From positions 1-64,000 of IMG/VR virus record IMGVR_UViG_3300015360_000028: DNA of 64,000 nt. One strand, given 5' to 3'. The DNA comes from a virus (Duplodnaviria > Heunggongvirae > Uroviricota > Caudoviricetes). Under the pieces are notes generated by a model. The model was not told the origin of the DNA. It saw nothing but the letters and a program-made list of their open reading frames with translations, and ran no database searches. The number at the start of each line of letters is the position of its first letter. Positions within the stretch are counted from its first letter, which is position 1. Below are positions 55,727 to 64,000 of this stretch, piece by piece. The translations under genes were made by a program, and so were the position numbers.

Positions 55727-56336
55727 ACAAAAATCGTCAATAAAGAATGTGACGACGAATACAGGCACGAAATTAGAGATCAAAGATGATCTCAACATAA
55801 TGCTCACACCAAAGCTAATAGAAAATTTGATGTTTGTCGCTGTGAAGAACAGCAGCAAAGAGATGACGGAATACTCTGCAAACATCCTATCCAATAAATT
55901 CCTAGAAGATCTAGCTAGAATCAAAGATCATTTCATAGGCAATGCTCCAAGAAGTAAGCTGCCAAGAAGAATCCTAGTTCACCTACAGTTTGACGCTGGA
56001 CAGTATTTCAGAGGGAAGAGCTCAACTGATCTCTTTCATCTAAACGGTCCGACTGTGCAACTCAAGAAAGATCATTGCTATCTGATGGAAATTGATGACC
56101 AAAGATATATCCACAATATCATCTACGATACAACTGATTCAGTGATGATAGGTGTTCCATCTTGGTACTCGTCAGACGATCGAGAAGAGAAAAAAAAAGA
56201 AGATCGGACACCCGAGTTGGCGGCTGAAATTTCCCATAGGACCATAACCGCATTTCCTTGGAACATTCCAATCCACGTCAACAGCCCATTCATAAATAAG
56301 AAAGATTATCAAGACTTCCTCAACAGCTGGAAATAA
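55680..56336 (+). CDS. hypothetical protein
   Basis: 218-aa ORF. Confidence 0.4.
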   Translation: MQKMFMESCEMFLTDKQKSSIKNVTTNTGTKLEIKDDLNIMLTPKLIENLMFVAVKNSSKEMTEYSANILSNKFLEDLARIKDHFIGNAPRSKLPRRILVHLQFDAGQYFRGKSSTDLFHLNGPTVQLKKDHCYLMEIDDQRYIHNIIYDTTDSVMIGVPSWYSSDDREEKKKEDRTPELAAEISHRTITAFPWNIPIHVNSPFINKKDYQDFLNSWK

Positions 56337-56431
56337 GCAGCAAGAGTCAGAAGTATAAATAAAAGGAACGGAGAAAGAATATTCCTACGTACTCATTTAG
56401 AAACAAAGTAACCGAAGAAGAATGGACTGAA

Positions 56432-56620
56432 ATGATGTCCATGGCAGAATGCGACACACTTCTTCAGAATCCAGATATAGAGCAATTGCTCTCTGCGCCC
56501 AGCATTTCATATTCAGGAGCCGGCATCAAAACAGATGCAGGATGGAATGACATGCTTAAAAGAATCAAGAAGTCTAACAGAGGATCAACCATAAACACAG
56601 GCAACATCGGGCAAATCTAA
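56432..56620 (+). CDS. hypothetical protein
   Basis: 62 aa; TATAAATA at 56354-56361 upstream. Confidence 0.3.
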   Translation: MMSMAECDTLLQNPDIEQLLSAPSISYSGAGIKTDAGWNDMLKRIKKSNRGSTINTGNIGQI

Positions 56621-56658
56621 TCAAGCGTATAAAAACAATAAACCAGGAGAACGCTATA

Positions 56659-57435
56659 ATGGATGAACTAATAATCGACGACATCTATCTAGACACGAAA
56701 GCTGCTAGAAGAATAAGACGTAAAGAAAGAAAAAACAAAACTGGATCTAGAGAAGAAGCTTCTTTGGATATTAAGTTAAAAGACATCCAGCCGATGACTA
56801 CCAATCAAAAGAAGATGTTCGAGGCAAACTCCAAAGGCTTCGATATGTTCCTTCATGGAACAGCAGGTACAGGTAAAACATTCCTTAGTTTCTATCTAGG
56901 CCTCAAAGATATTGAACAAAGAAAATTTGACAAGATGCTAATCATTAGAAGCCTTGTGCCTTCTCGTGAAATAGGTTTCTTGCCAGGAAATGCCAAAGAT
57001 AAGGCTCGTATTTACGAAGCTCCGTATTATGGCATCTGCTCAGAACTCTACGGTCGTGGAGACGCTTATGAAACTCTAAAAAGAAAGAGTCAGGTTGAAT
57101 TCATTTCAACATCATATGTGCGTGGAACGACCATAACGAACAGTGTCATCATTATTGATGAAGCCCAGAACATGACTGATATGGAACTACATTCGGTCTT
57201 GACTAGAACTGGAGAAAACTGTAAAATATACATCTGTGGAGATATTCTGCAGAATGACTTACTCTCGAAACATAGAGAGAAGTCCGGGCTTGTAAATTTT
57301 TCCAAAATCGCTAAGAAGATGAAAAATTTCAGAGCTATTGAATTCAACACAGATGACATTGTCAGATCAGAATTTGTTAAGACTTATATCATCGCAAGAC
57401 AGGCATTGGCCGAGTCAGGGGAAATAGATTTTTAA
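56659..57435 (+). CDS. phoH: PhoH-like ATPase
   Basis: Walker A FLHGTAGTGKTFLS. Walker B VIIIDEAQN. Confidence 0.8.
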   Translation: MDELIIDDIYLDTKAARRIRRKERKNKTGSREEASLDIKLKDIQPMTTNQKKMFEANSKGFDMFLHGTAGTGKTFLSFYLGLKDIEQRKFDKMLIIRSLVPSREIGFLPGNAKDKARIYEAPYYGICSELYGRGDAYETLKRKSQVEFISTSYVRGTTITNSVIIIDEAQNMTDMELHSVLTRTGENCKIYICGDILQNDLLSKHREKSGLVNFSKIAKKMKNFRAIEFNTDDIVRSEFVKTYIIARQALAESGEIDF

Positions 57436-57457
57436 ATATCAGAACCAGCTCCCAGAG

Positions 57458-58075
57458 TTGGAAGTAAGCTACGATAAGGGAGCCCGATTTTATAAGACAC
57501 CAGACGGAAAGAAATATCCATCAGTGACTTCTATGTTGGGCTACTTTAAGAAAGATGCGATTAACGAGTGGCGTAAAAGAGTTGGCGAAAAAGAAGCCAA
57601 CAGGATTATGAAACAGGCATCAGGAAGAGGAACGGCAGTTCACAACCTTCTTGAAAAACACATTAAAGGGGATGTCGTGACCATGGCGGACACGAATCCC
57701 TTTTACTGGTCGATGTATGCCCCTATGAAGAAGGTGCTTGCAGAAAACTTGTCAGAGACTTGGGCGTTAGAAGCTCCATTATATTCACATGCATTGAAGC
57801 TAGCAGGAAGAACCGATTTAATCGGCGTCTATAAAGACGAACCGGCTATCATCGATTTCAAAACTACAACCAAAGAAAAGAAAGAAGAATGGATAAAAGA
57901 TTATTTTATCCAGGCTTCCATCTATGCGATAATGTTCAAAGAAAGAACGGGCATCACTATAAGTAAGTATGCAATATTGATTGTCGATGAAGCAGGCAAC
58001 GTGAACGAACATACTGGCAAGTGCTCAGATTATTTTGAGGCAATTAAGAAAATAAGATACGACTATCCACATTAA
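57458..58075 (+). CDS. PD-(D/E)xK nuclease-like protein (RecB/lambda-exo fold)
   Basis: GRTDLIGVY...AIIDFKTT carries a D ... (D/E)xK pattern. Confidence 0.45.
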   Translation: MEVSYDKGARFYKTPDGKKYPSVTSMLGYFKKDAINEWRKRVGEKEANRIMKQASGRGTAVHNLLEKHIKGDVVTMADTNPFYWSMYAPMKKVLAENLSETWALEAPLYSHALKLAGRTDLIGVYKDEPAIIDFKTTTKEKKEEWIKDYFIQASIYAIMFKERTGITISKYAILIVDEAGNVNEHTGKCSDYFEAIKKIRYDYPH

Positions 58076-58085
58076 GGAAGTTTAA

Positions 58086-58517
58086 ATGATTACAAATAGA
58101 AAATATCGATGGCTCCTCTGGGTTTCATTAACCCTATCGGGATTGATGGGGGCGGTGTTTATGGGCGTAGTTCCTTTCATCGTTGCGGCTGATCATTTCT
58201 TTCTAACCACATTGACCATTGCAATCTATCTAAGTTGCACAGGAATTATAGGTTGGAATCTTTGGAAAGATCAGAAACCAAGTTATGAAGATTTTTGGTT
58301 CATATCAGATTTACTTCAGATTATCGGTATTCTTGGAACAGTAGCAGGCATGATTCTGCTATTCAATGTATTCCTTGAAAATGTCGATGCTACGCAGACG
58401 ATCAAAGAAGTTATTCCCAAGATTGCTGCTGCTAGCTCTGTAGCTTTCTATACTACATTCTCCGGGTTATTGTTCTCGGTATTCCTCAAGATACAATTGA
58501 AGATCCTTGATAGATGA
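58086..58517 (+). CDS. membrane protein (3-4 TM)
   Basis: 143 aa, hydrophobic throughout. Confidence 0.4.
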   Translation: MITNRKYRWLLWVSLTLSGLMGAVFMGVVPFIVAADHFFLTTLTIAIYLSCTGIIGWNLWKDQKPSYEDFWFISDLLQIIGILGTVAGMILLFNVFLENVDATQTIKEVIPKIAAASSVAFYTTFSGLLFSVFLKIQLKILDR

Positions 58518-59152
58518 GCAGATTCTTAATCCCCATTGCGTTGGTAGACGTACTCTTTAACCTCTTATTCGTTTGCACGGCTTTTTGGTTAGTCAGTTTC
58601 TTAAACGTAAACCCAAAATCAATAGAAAAGGTTCTAGCTAACTCTCAACGAAACGCTGAGTTTATCATTCAAGTTCAGTGGCCAGATGATAATCGAGACG
58701 ATGTTGACTCTTGGTTGCGAACACCTAGTGGAAGATATGTCAGTTATATCACTCCGCTAGTAGAACTTTTCCACTTAGAATTAGACGACAGAGGAGCTGC
58801 TACAGACTCTATCGTCATAAATAAAACGGTTAAAACTGTTCAATCCAACCAAGAAACTATTTCACTCAGAGGCTTTTACGAAGGCACCTATACGTTCAAT
58901 CTTTTCATGTATTTGAAAAATGACGAAGGGAAGACACCCGTAAGCGTAAAATTCATTAAATTGAATCCGACCTATACTGTGTTATATGAGGGGGATGTAA
59001 TCATGGATAGAACAAATCAAGAAGCTTCGATGTTTACATTCTTCATGAACGAAAAGGGGGATGTTTCAAATATCAGCAATATCAAGAGTTATTTTATCCA
59101 AGATGAAGTACAGACCAGACGCCTTGGCGTCGGCAACTCTATTATTCCATAA
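58514..59152 (+). CDS. hypothetical membrane-anchored protein
   Basis: 212 aa with N-terminal TM helix. Confidence 0.4.
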   Translation: MSRFLIPIALVDVLFNLLFVCTAFWLVSFLNVNPKSIEKVLANSQRNAEFIIQVQWPDDNRDDVDSWLRTPSGRYVSYITPLVELFHLELDDRGAATDSIVINKTVKTVQSNQETISLRGFYEGTYTFNLFMYLKNDEGKTPVSVKFIKLNPTYTVLYEGDVIMDRTNQEASMFTFFMNEKGDVSNISNIKSYFIQDEVQTRRLGVGNSIIP

Positions 59153-59161
59153 GGAGAAGAA

Positions 59162-59644
59162 ATGATCAGTTTCATATTATTCACGATCGTGTTCACCATT
59201 TTAGCTGCTGGTTGCATCTTCATCGCCATTGAAAAAATCAAATTGAATAAGAAGCTATTCGGAGTTCTCATTCCTGGCTATGTCTTGTTCTGCTTGTACG
59301 TTTATTCTTCACTCATTGCCCAAATGGGATATCCATCAAAAGATATTAAGGCGTTGGCTAATGTGTCATTTCAGATAATCAACGTCACAGAAATTGAGAA
59401 AGATGTTCTAGTCTTGACTATCTTCGAAGAGGGTCAGAAAAGACCGCGTATGTTTGAAATAAAAGATCCCAAAGGTGAAGTTCGTAAAAAGATCAGCGAG
59501 ACTCAACGTCAGATTAAAGGCGCCGATAGTGATGAGGGCGAATTCGAACCTATGGACGGTGACATAGATCTTGATAATACTACACCAGGCGGCGTCAATT
59601 ACACATTCAAACCTCGCATTAAAAGAGACCTTCCAACTAAATAA
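59162..59644 (+). CDS. membrane protein (2 TM)
   Basis: 160 aa. Confidence 0.4.
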   Translation: MISFILFTIVFTILAAGCIFIAIEKIKLNKKLFGVLIPGYVLFCLYVYSSLIAQMGYPSKDIKALANVSFQIINVTEIEKDVLVLTIFEEGQKRPRMFEIKDPKGEVRKKISETQRQIKGADSDEGEFEPMDGDIDLDNTTPGGVNYTFKPRIKRDLPTK

Positions 59645-59710
59645 ACCTTTGATTCTAAAAAGTAATCTGTGTTATATTTATGAATAAGAAGAAATAGGGA
59701 AGCGGCACGC

Positions 59711-60085
59711 ATGTCGACCAAGTTAGTTATTGACGAATATTTTAGACCATTTTTAAACAAGAGATTGATACCTATCGTGTATTCGTCAGCAATCAATGCG
59801 CCGATGAACGACAAAATCAAAGAAGGACTAATGAATACCATACAATTCATGAACCTTAATTCGTTCAAAGGAAAGGAAGTGCTTACTTATGTTCGGGAGG
59901 ACGGAGAGTTTACCACCATCCATCTGGTGCAATTCAACTCTGTGGATTTTCCGTTCAAGAAGACCTTAGACGACGTCGAGATCGTTAATCTGATCACGTG
60001 TCAATCCCTAGCATTTATGTCGGCTATCTCGCCGGTCGTAAAAGCAAAAGGGAACGTGAATAAGGAGTCTAAGAAAAATGAATAG
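59711..60085 (+). CDS. hypothetical protein
   Basis: 124-aa ORF, last plus-strand gene before the strand switch. Confidence 0.4.
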   Translation: MSTKLVIDEYFRPFLNKRLIPIVYSSAINAPMNDKIKEGLMNTIQFMNLNSFKGKEVLTYVREDGEFTTIHLVQFNSVDFPFKKTLDDVEIVNLITCQSLAFMSAISPVVKAKGNVNKESKKNE

Positions 60086-60367
60086 AAGAAAGTTTGACGA
60101 AAAGAATATTAAATTCCTCGACAGAATGCTGCAGACTCTGACTGACAGACAAATTGCTTTCAATGCTCATACGCTTGATGACAGATCTATTTTGATCTCG
60201 TGGTATGGGGATGCCTTCTCTGGAGGCGTCAAAACCAATGACGTTACTTGATTCCGTAAGCCTTCAAAGCGTCCTTCGCTAATTTAGCGTAGTCAGCTTT
60301 AGGATATTTCTTGCTAAAGGTGTCATAAAGATGATCCCAATGTGAATTTGCTTGGCATTTTTGCTCC

Positions 60368-61972
60368 TTAAAAATTGTCTGAGAATATCTCGACTTCGTA
60401 GTTGTCGTCTTGATTGCTAAATCCGTGAGGCAATAGCTCTTGCTCCGCCTGTTCAATACGCTTAGCAAACATTACTTCTCTGATGTTCGTTTCGGTTAAG
60501 CTCGAGAAATAATCCTGAGTCGTTGCCCAAGCAAATAAGACCAGAGTCATAATAAGATCGTCGTGGTTTCCTTTTTCAGCCTTGTAGCTGTTTCCAGTTC
60601 GTACGAAGTTTGACATCTCTCTGATGATTTCCCAGTCATTGACTTTAATCTGAGAGCTTTCACAGAGGGCCTTCAAAGCCTGGCATCCAACTGATTTGGT
60701 TCTAGCACTGGTGCAGATACCCAACTGGGTAGCATTGCCTGATAGCACTTGCCCTGTCTTCCCCTTAGTTTCGACACCCAAGATATTACCATATTCGATG
60801 GTATAGAATAATGTGTTCACGATAGATTGACCGAGATCATTCGTTTCAATTAGACAGAGCGCTTCATTGTAAATCTTAGCCGCGTGATGAATAATTTCAG
60901 GATAATACATGACATCACAATCATCTTTTCTGAACGTAGCAACAACCTCGAAAGGTGGAGCAGTGATATCAATAACTGTAAACGCCGAATAATCTATGCC
61001 TTTACCTCTGGCCGTATCCACGCAGATCATATAGCTGTTTCCAGGAACTGGATCATACCATACTTTAATTTCGTCTGGAGGAAGAACTTTAATCGGGTCG
61101 CTTGTTCTCTGCATCATAATAGCCGCTGAAGGAATCAAAGAATTTGAACCACCAGCAAATTGGCATTCATATTCTTGTTCCCATTGAGCTTGGCCATTAT
61201 GACCAAGGTTGGCAATGGTTAGTGTTTTGTATTCTTCGTCTCTTCCTGGAACGTCGTCCCATTTGATGCTGATTGGCTTGTAATCCGATTCGCCTTTCTC
61301 TGCCTTGTCCCACATGCTATGATAAAGATTCATTCCATTTGGTGTAGAAAGGACAACAACTTTAGAAGTAGGCGACGAGGCGATTGTAGGGTATGATGAT
61401 GTATAAAATGCCTCTGCAATATTTGGACGCACGAATGCGAACTCATCCAACATAATCATATCATAAGAACCTGAACGTCCTGTATCGGCCGTTGTCGTCA
61501 CCGCCGTACATCTCGAACCATTCTCAAGTTCTACACCCAACTCGTTCCATTTGACGATACCCAACTGTAAGAAGGATGGGACGTTTTCAATAGCAATCTT
61601 CACCTTACGCATAATTTCAACTGCTGCTGCACTTTTGTGAGCAGCAACTAGAATATTGATTCTATCAATTTCTGAGAAGAGCATCATCCAACAAATAACA
61701 GCGGCAGCAATTGTTGACTTGCCCGACTGTCTTGAGAGTTTGCCTATAACGAATCTATTGCCAAGAATTAGCTTGGCCATTTCCTCTTGATAAGGCCACG
61801 GAATAAAAGGCACCATACCATATCCAGGACGAACGACCTTGATGTAATTCTTAATGAAGTAGAGCGGATCGTTCTGGCATTTAATTCTTTCCATAACCTC
61901 TTTAGCTGTGAGGTGCATGACAACACCAGCTGGCTTCAGCCTATCATTGCCGTCGAAACTATATTCTGGCAT
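60368..61972 (-). CDS. terL: terminase large subunit (T4 gp17 family)
   Basis: Walker A GKLSRQSGKST. SFLQLGIVKWNELGVELENGS, MIMLDEFAF and HDDLIMTLVLFAWATTQ resemble, from memory, T4 gp17 along its length. Confidence 0.9.
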   Translation of the reverse strand: MPEYSFDGNDRLKPAGVVMHLTAKEVMERIKCQNDPLYFIKNYIKVVRPGYGMVPFIPWPYQEEMAKLILGNRFVIGKLSRQSGKSTIAAAVICWMMLFSEIDRINILVAAHKSAAAVEIMRKVKIAIENVPSFLQLGIVKWNELGVELENGSRCTAVTTTADTGRSGSYDMIMLDEFAFVRPNIAEAFYTSSYPTIASSPTSKVVVLSTPNGMNLYHSMWDKAEKGESDYKPISIKWDDVPGRDEEYKTLTIANLGHNGQAQWEQEYECQFAGGSNSLIPSAAIMMQRTSDPIKVLPPDEIKVWYDPVPGNSYMICVDTARGKGIDYSAFTVIDITAPPFEVVATFRKDDCDVMYYPEIIHHAAKIYNEALCLIETNDLGQSIVNTLFYTIEYGNILGVETKGKTGQVLSGNATQLGICTSARTKSVGCQALKALCESSQIKVNDWEIIREMSNFVRTGNSYKAEKGNHDDLIMTLVLFAWATTQDYFSSLTETNIREVMFAKRIEQAEQELLPHGFSNQDDNYEVEIFSDNF

Positions 61973-62568
61973 TATCCTTTTCTCGTATCAGCCCATACTT
62001 GGAAGGCTGTCTTTTTCTGGAAGCTATGAACTGGCAGGAACGCTGCTACTGGCCACTCTTCATGGTTGATCTTAATCAATTTGGAACGCACATGCTTAAA
62101 CAAGTATTTCTTTATCGCGTATTTGTAATAAGGCGATTTGATAGTTGACTTCAGAATGTTATAGCTGATGTTCAATCTAATATTCTTTTGGAGCTTTGCA
62201 TTGTTTTCAAGATCTAATAAAGCGTCCATGAGTTTAGCGCGAAGAAGATATGGAAGATAGTGAAGATTCAATCCTAACATGGAACCATCGTTATAGATAT
62301 TCAAAATCCATATGCAAGGGAACGTATCATAATATGGAAGAGTTTTTTTGTGTTTTGGATCATAGAAGAAATAATACATTCTACCCACCATAAGCTGGGT
62401 TGATGTTCTGTATTGGTCGGCATCAAACTCTCTGATCATTTTGGAAGAGTTAGTCTGAACAACTCTTGCCTGATTCATGTACCAACGCAGAGCAGTCAAG
62501 GTCTTTGCTGGACCTATGTTCTTCTGCTGGGCATCAAGTAAGATGGCCTGGATTGTTTGTGAGGACAT
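61972..62568 (-). CDS. hypothetical protein (terminase small subunit by position only)
   Basis: 198 aa immediately upstream of terL and translationally coupled. I see no sequence resemblance to T4 gp16. Confidence 0.3.
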   Translation of the reverse strand: MSSQTIQAILLDAQQKNIGPAKTLTALRWYMNQARVVQTNSSKMIREFDADQYRTSTQLMVGRMYYFFYDPKHKKTLPYYDTFPCIWILNIYNDGSMLGLNLHYLPYLLRAKLMDALLDLENNAKLQKNIRLNISYNILKSTIKSPYYKYAIKKYLFKHVRSKLIKINHEEWPVAAFLPVHSFQKKTAFQVWADTRKG

Positions 62569-63995
62569 TAGTAGCCACCTCCGCCGTTCATTGTTCTGGT
62601 GAATAGACCCTGTCTTGAATATGGGGACGAGACGATTGAATTCGTAACATTGGTATTCAAATTCTGTCTATTGTCTTGTGTCACAATCGTTTGAGGTGCG
62701 ATGTTCATTTGAAGTAATGCGTCATGAGCTCTTTTTTGTGCTTCTATACGAGAAAATGATTGTGAGACCGCAGATGCGGTTGAGCCTCTACCTATGTTAG
62801 GGGAGGTCCCTGGCCTTGGAGTCAACGCGTCTATCACCGAAGCCGTGCCTCTTATTGCATAAGTCGCCGCCGCTCCGACTAGATCTTCTCCCATTGGTTT
62901 TGATAAAGTACCACTTACACGATCATCTCGCATACCGTTTTCTAAAGTAACGCTTGCAGGAGCATCTCCAAACATTCCTGAATAAATAGCTTCAGTGATT
63001 GAATTGCCTCTCATCTTTTCCCAAGCAACGCCTTTAATTGCGTTCCAGATACGATCGCCGATACCAGAGAATGCTCTAGTTATTTTATCCCATAGATTCC
63101 AGAAACCTTCTACTATGTAGTCTTTGCCGTCTTTAAATTTCTTTGCCCATTTAGCATCGAATTCTGCTACCCATTTCTTATTAGCAGCTTCTTTTTCTTC
63201 TGCTTCTTTAATTTGTTCTTCTGTAACAAAGAACCAACTCTTGAAGTATTCTTTCATGCTATTGCTATGTCCATCTTGAACAGTCTTTAAATCATTCTTA
63301 TAAACTTCGAGATCAATACGAGCCTGTTTGTCATCGGCCTGGATATCCTTGTTCATGTCTTCTAGGGATTTGATTTGTGCAGAGAGTTTCTCAGCAAGAA
63401 TGTAATCGCCTTTAGCGATTGCTTCTTGGTGTTGGGGTATTAGAATTCCGATTTGTTTTAGATTTTCCTCTATCTGAGTTTTGTGAGCGCTAATACTGTC
63501 TTCTATTTGTTGAAGTCGAGATTTGATAGTATCAGCATCATAAAAATTGGTTCCGAAGAAAGCGTCGGACATTTTCTTTAATCCATCACCGGTCTTCTGG
63601 ATAAATGCTGCGATTCTTTCTGGACCGATGTAAGACATAACCAAACCAAATACAGCACCTATTAAACCACCTGCTAGCATACCAAGAGGACCGCCGACTG
63701 CGCCTGCTCCCATGCCCATCAGACCCCATTTAGCAACATTCTTCCAAGTACCGAATGAGGTGAGCAACGAAGCTCTTACAATTCTATCCGATCCTGCAAT
63801 GAAGCCACCTAATGCGGCTGCTGCTTTGCTTACGCCCCAGTCTTGTGCTTTAACCACAGCATTGAAGGCATCATAAAGTCCAATAGACAGACCCCCAAGA
63901 ACACCGGCCGAGCCAGCGCTTGTTAGCAACCCTAAGCCCAAGGTTAATGCAGAAGCAAGAGCGCCAACGAGTTTACCCATAAATCCTGTCAACAT
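62568..63995 (-). CDS. glycine-zipper membrane/virion-associated protein with central coiled coil
   Basis: N-terminal 120 aa of GxxxG-rich hydrophobic segments, then a coiled coil, then a Ser/Thr-rich tail ending GGGGY. Confidence 0.4.
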   Translation of the reverse strand: MLTGFMGKLVGALASALTLGLGLLTSAGSAGVLGGLSIGLYDAFNAVVKAQDWGVSKAAAALGGFIAGSDRIVRASLLTSFGTWKNVAKWGLMGMGAGAVGGPLGMLAGGLIGAVFGLVMSYIGPERIAAFIQKTGDGLKKMSDAFFGTNFYDADTIKSRLQQIEDSISAHKTQIEENLKQIGILIPQHQEAIAKGDYILAEKLSAQIKSLEDMNKDIQADDKQARIDLEVYKNDLKTVQDGHSNSMKEYFKSWFFVTEEQIKEAEEKEAANKKWVAEFDAKWAKKFKDGKDYIVEGFWNLWDKITRAFSGIGDRIWNAIKGVAWEKMRGNSITEAIYSGMFGDAPASVTLENGMRDDRVSGTLSKPMGEDLVGAAATYAIRGTASVIDALTPRPGTSPNIGRGSTASAVSQSFSRIEAQKRAHDALLQMNIAPQTIVTQDNRQNLNTNVTNSIVSSPYSRQGLFTRTMNGGGGY

Positions 63996-64000
63996 ATTAC

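Noticed and set aside
61972-62568. Confident terminase small-subunit assignment
   Set aside because: Position upstream of terL and translational coupling fit TerS. I see no sequence resemblance to T4 gp16. The call is kept only as a low-confidence positional guess.

Overview
The window is a low-GC (about 40%) stretch of a large T4-like myovirus genome. A T4 gp17-type large terminase (60368..61972, minus) anchors a short virion/packaging block on the minus strand at the 3' end. The rest is a long plus-strand run of early/auxiliary genes. I find 16 tRNA or tRNA-like genes in five clusters. Each cluster is preceded by the same promoter architecture: TTGAnT/GTTTAC, then 17-18 nt, then TATAAATA. 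Recognisable genes include replication/repair functions (ATP DNA ligase, RNase H/FEN, DenV, ThyX-like, glutaredoxin, MazG, PhoH, HNH, Toprim, PD-(D/E)xK nucleases). A 7-deazaguanine DNA-modification cluster (FolE, QueD, QueE, QueC, DpdA) is interrupted by a myo-inositol-1-phosphate synthase, a small HAD phosphatase and a glycosyltransferase. Other auxiliary genes are KdsA, PnuC plus NadR-like (NAD+ salvage), a ClpB-like AAA+ protein, a DnaJ-domain protein, an SPFH protein, a TAXI-like binding protein, a PTH2-like protein and a GapR-like protein. GapR hints at an alphaproteobacterial host. The most unusual loci are four. First, a consensus sigma70 promoter with a repeat-bearing leader drives seven tandem, rapidly diverged paralogs (20046..22612). 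Second, an amidoligase, gamma-glutamyl cyclotransferase and class-II glutamine amidotransferase cassette (42808..45515) has a second solitary amidoligase at 28691. Third, a 1.8-kb GC-rich (about 58-60%) island (49016..50835) carries two paralogous AT-hook-like DNA-binding genes, an HTH gene, a promoter and two strong terminators. Fourth, a PD-(D/E)xK nuclease ORF has a reading frame open about 110 codons upstream of any canonical start, and a Toprim protein follows it. Two tRNA-like genes are structurally aberrant. Product names and folds are called from remembered motifs and remembered homolog sequences, with no database search, so several calls are moderate confidence.
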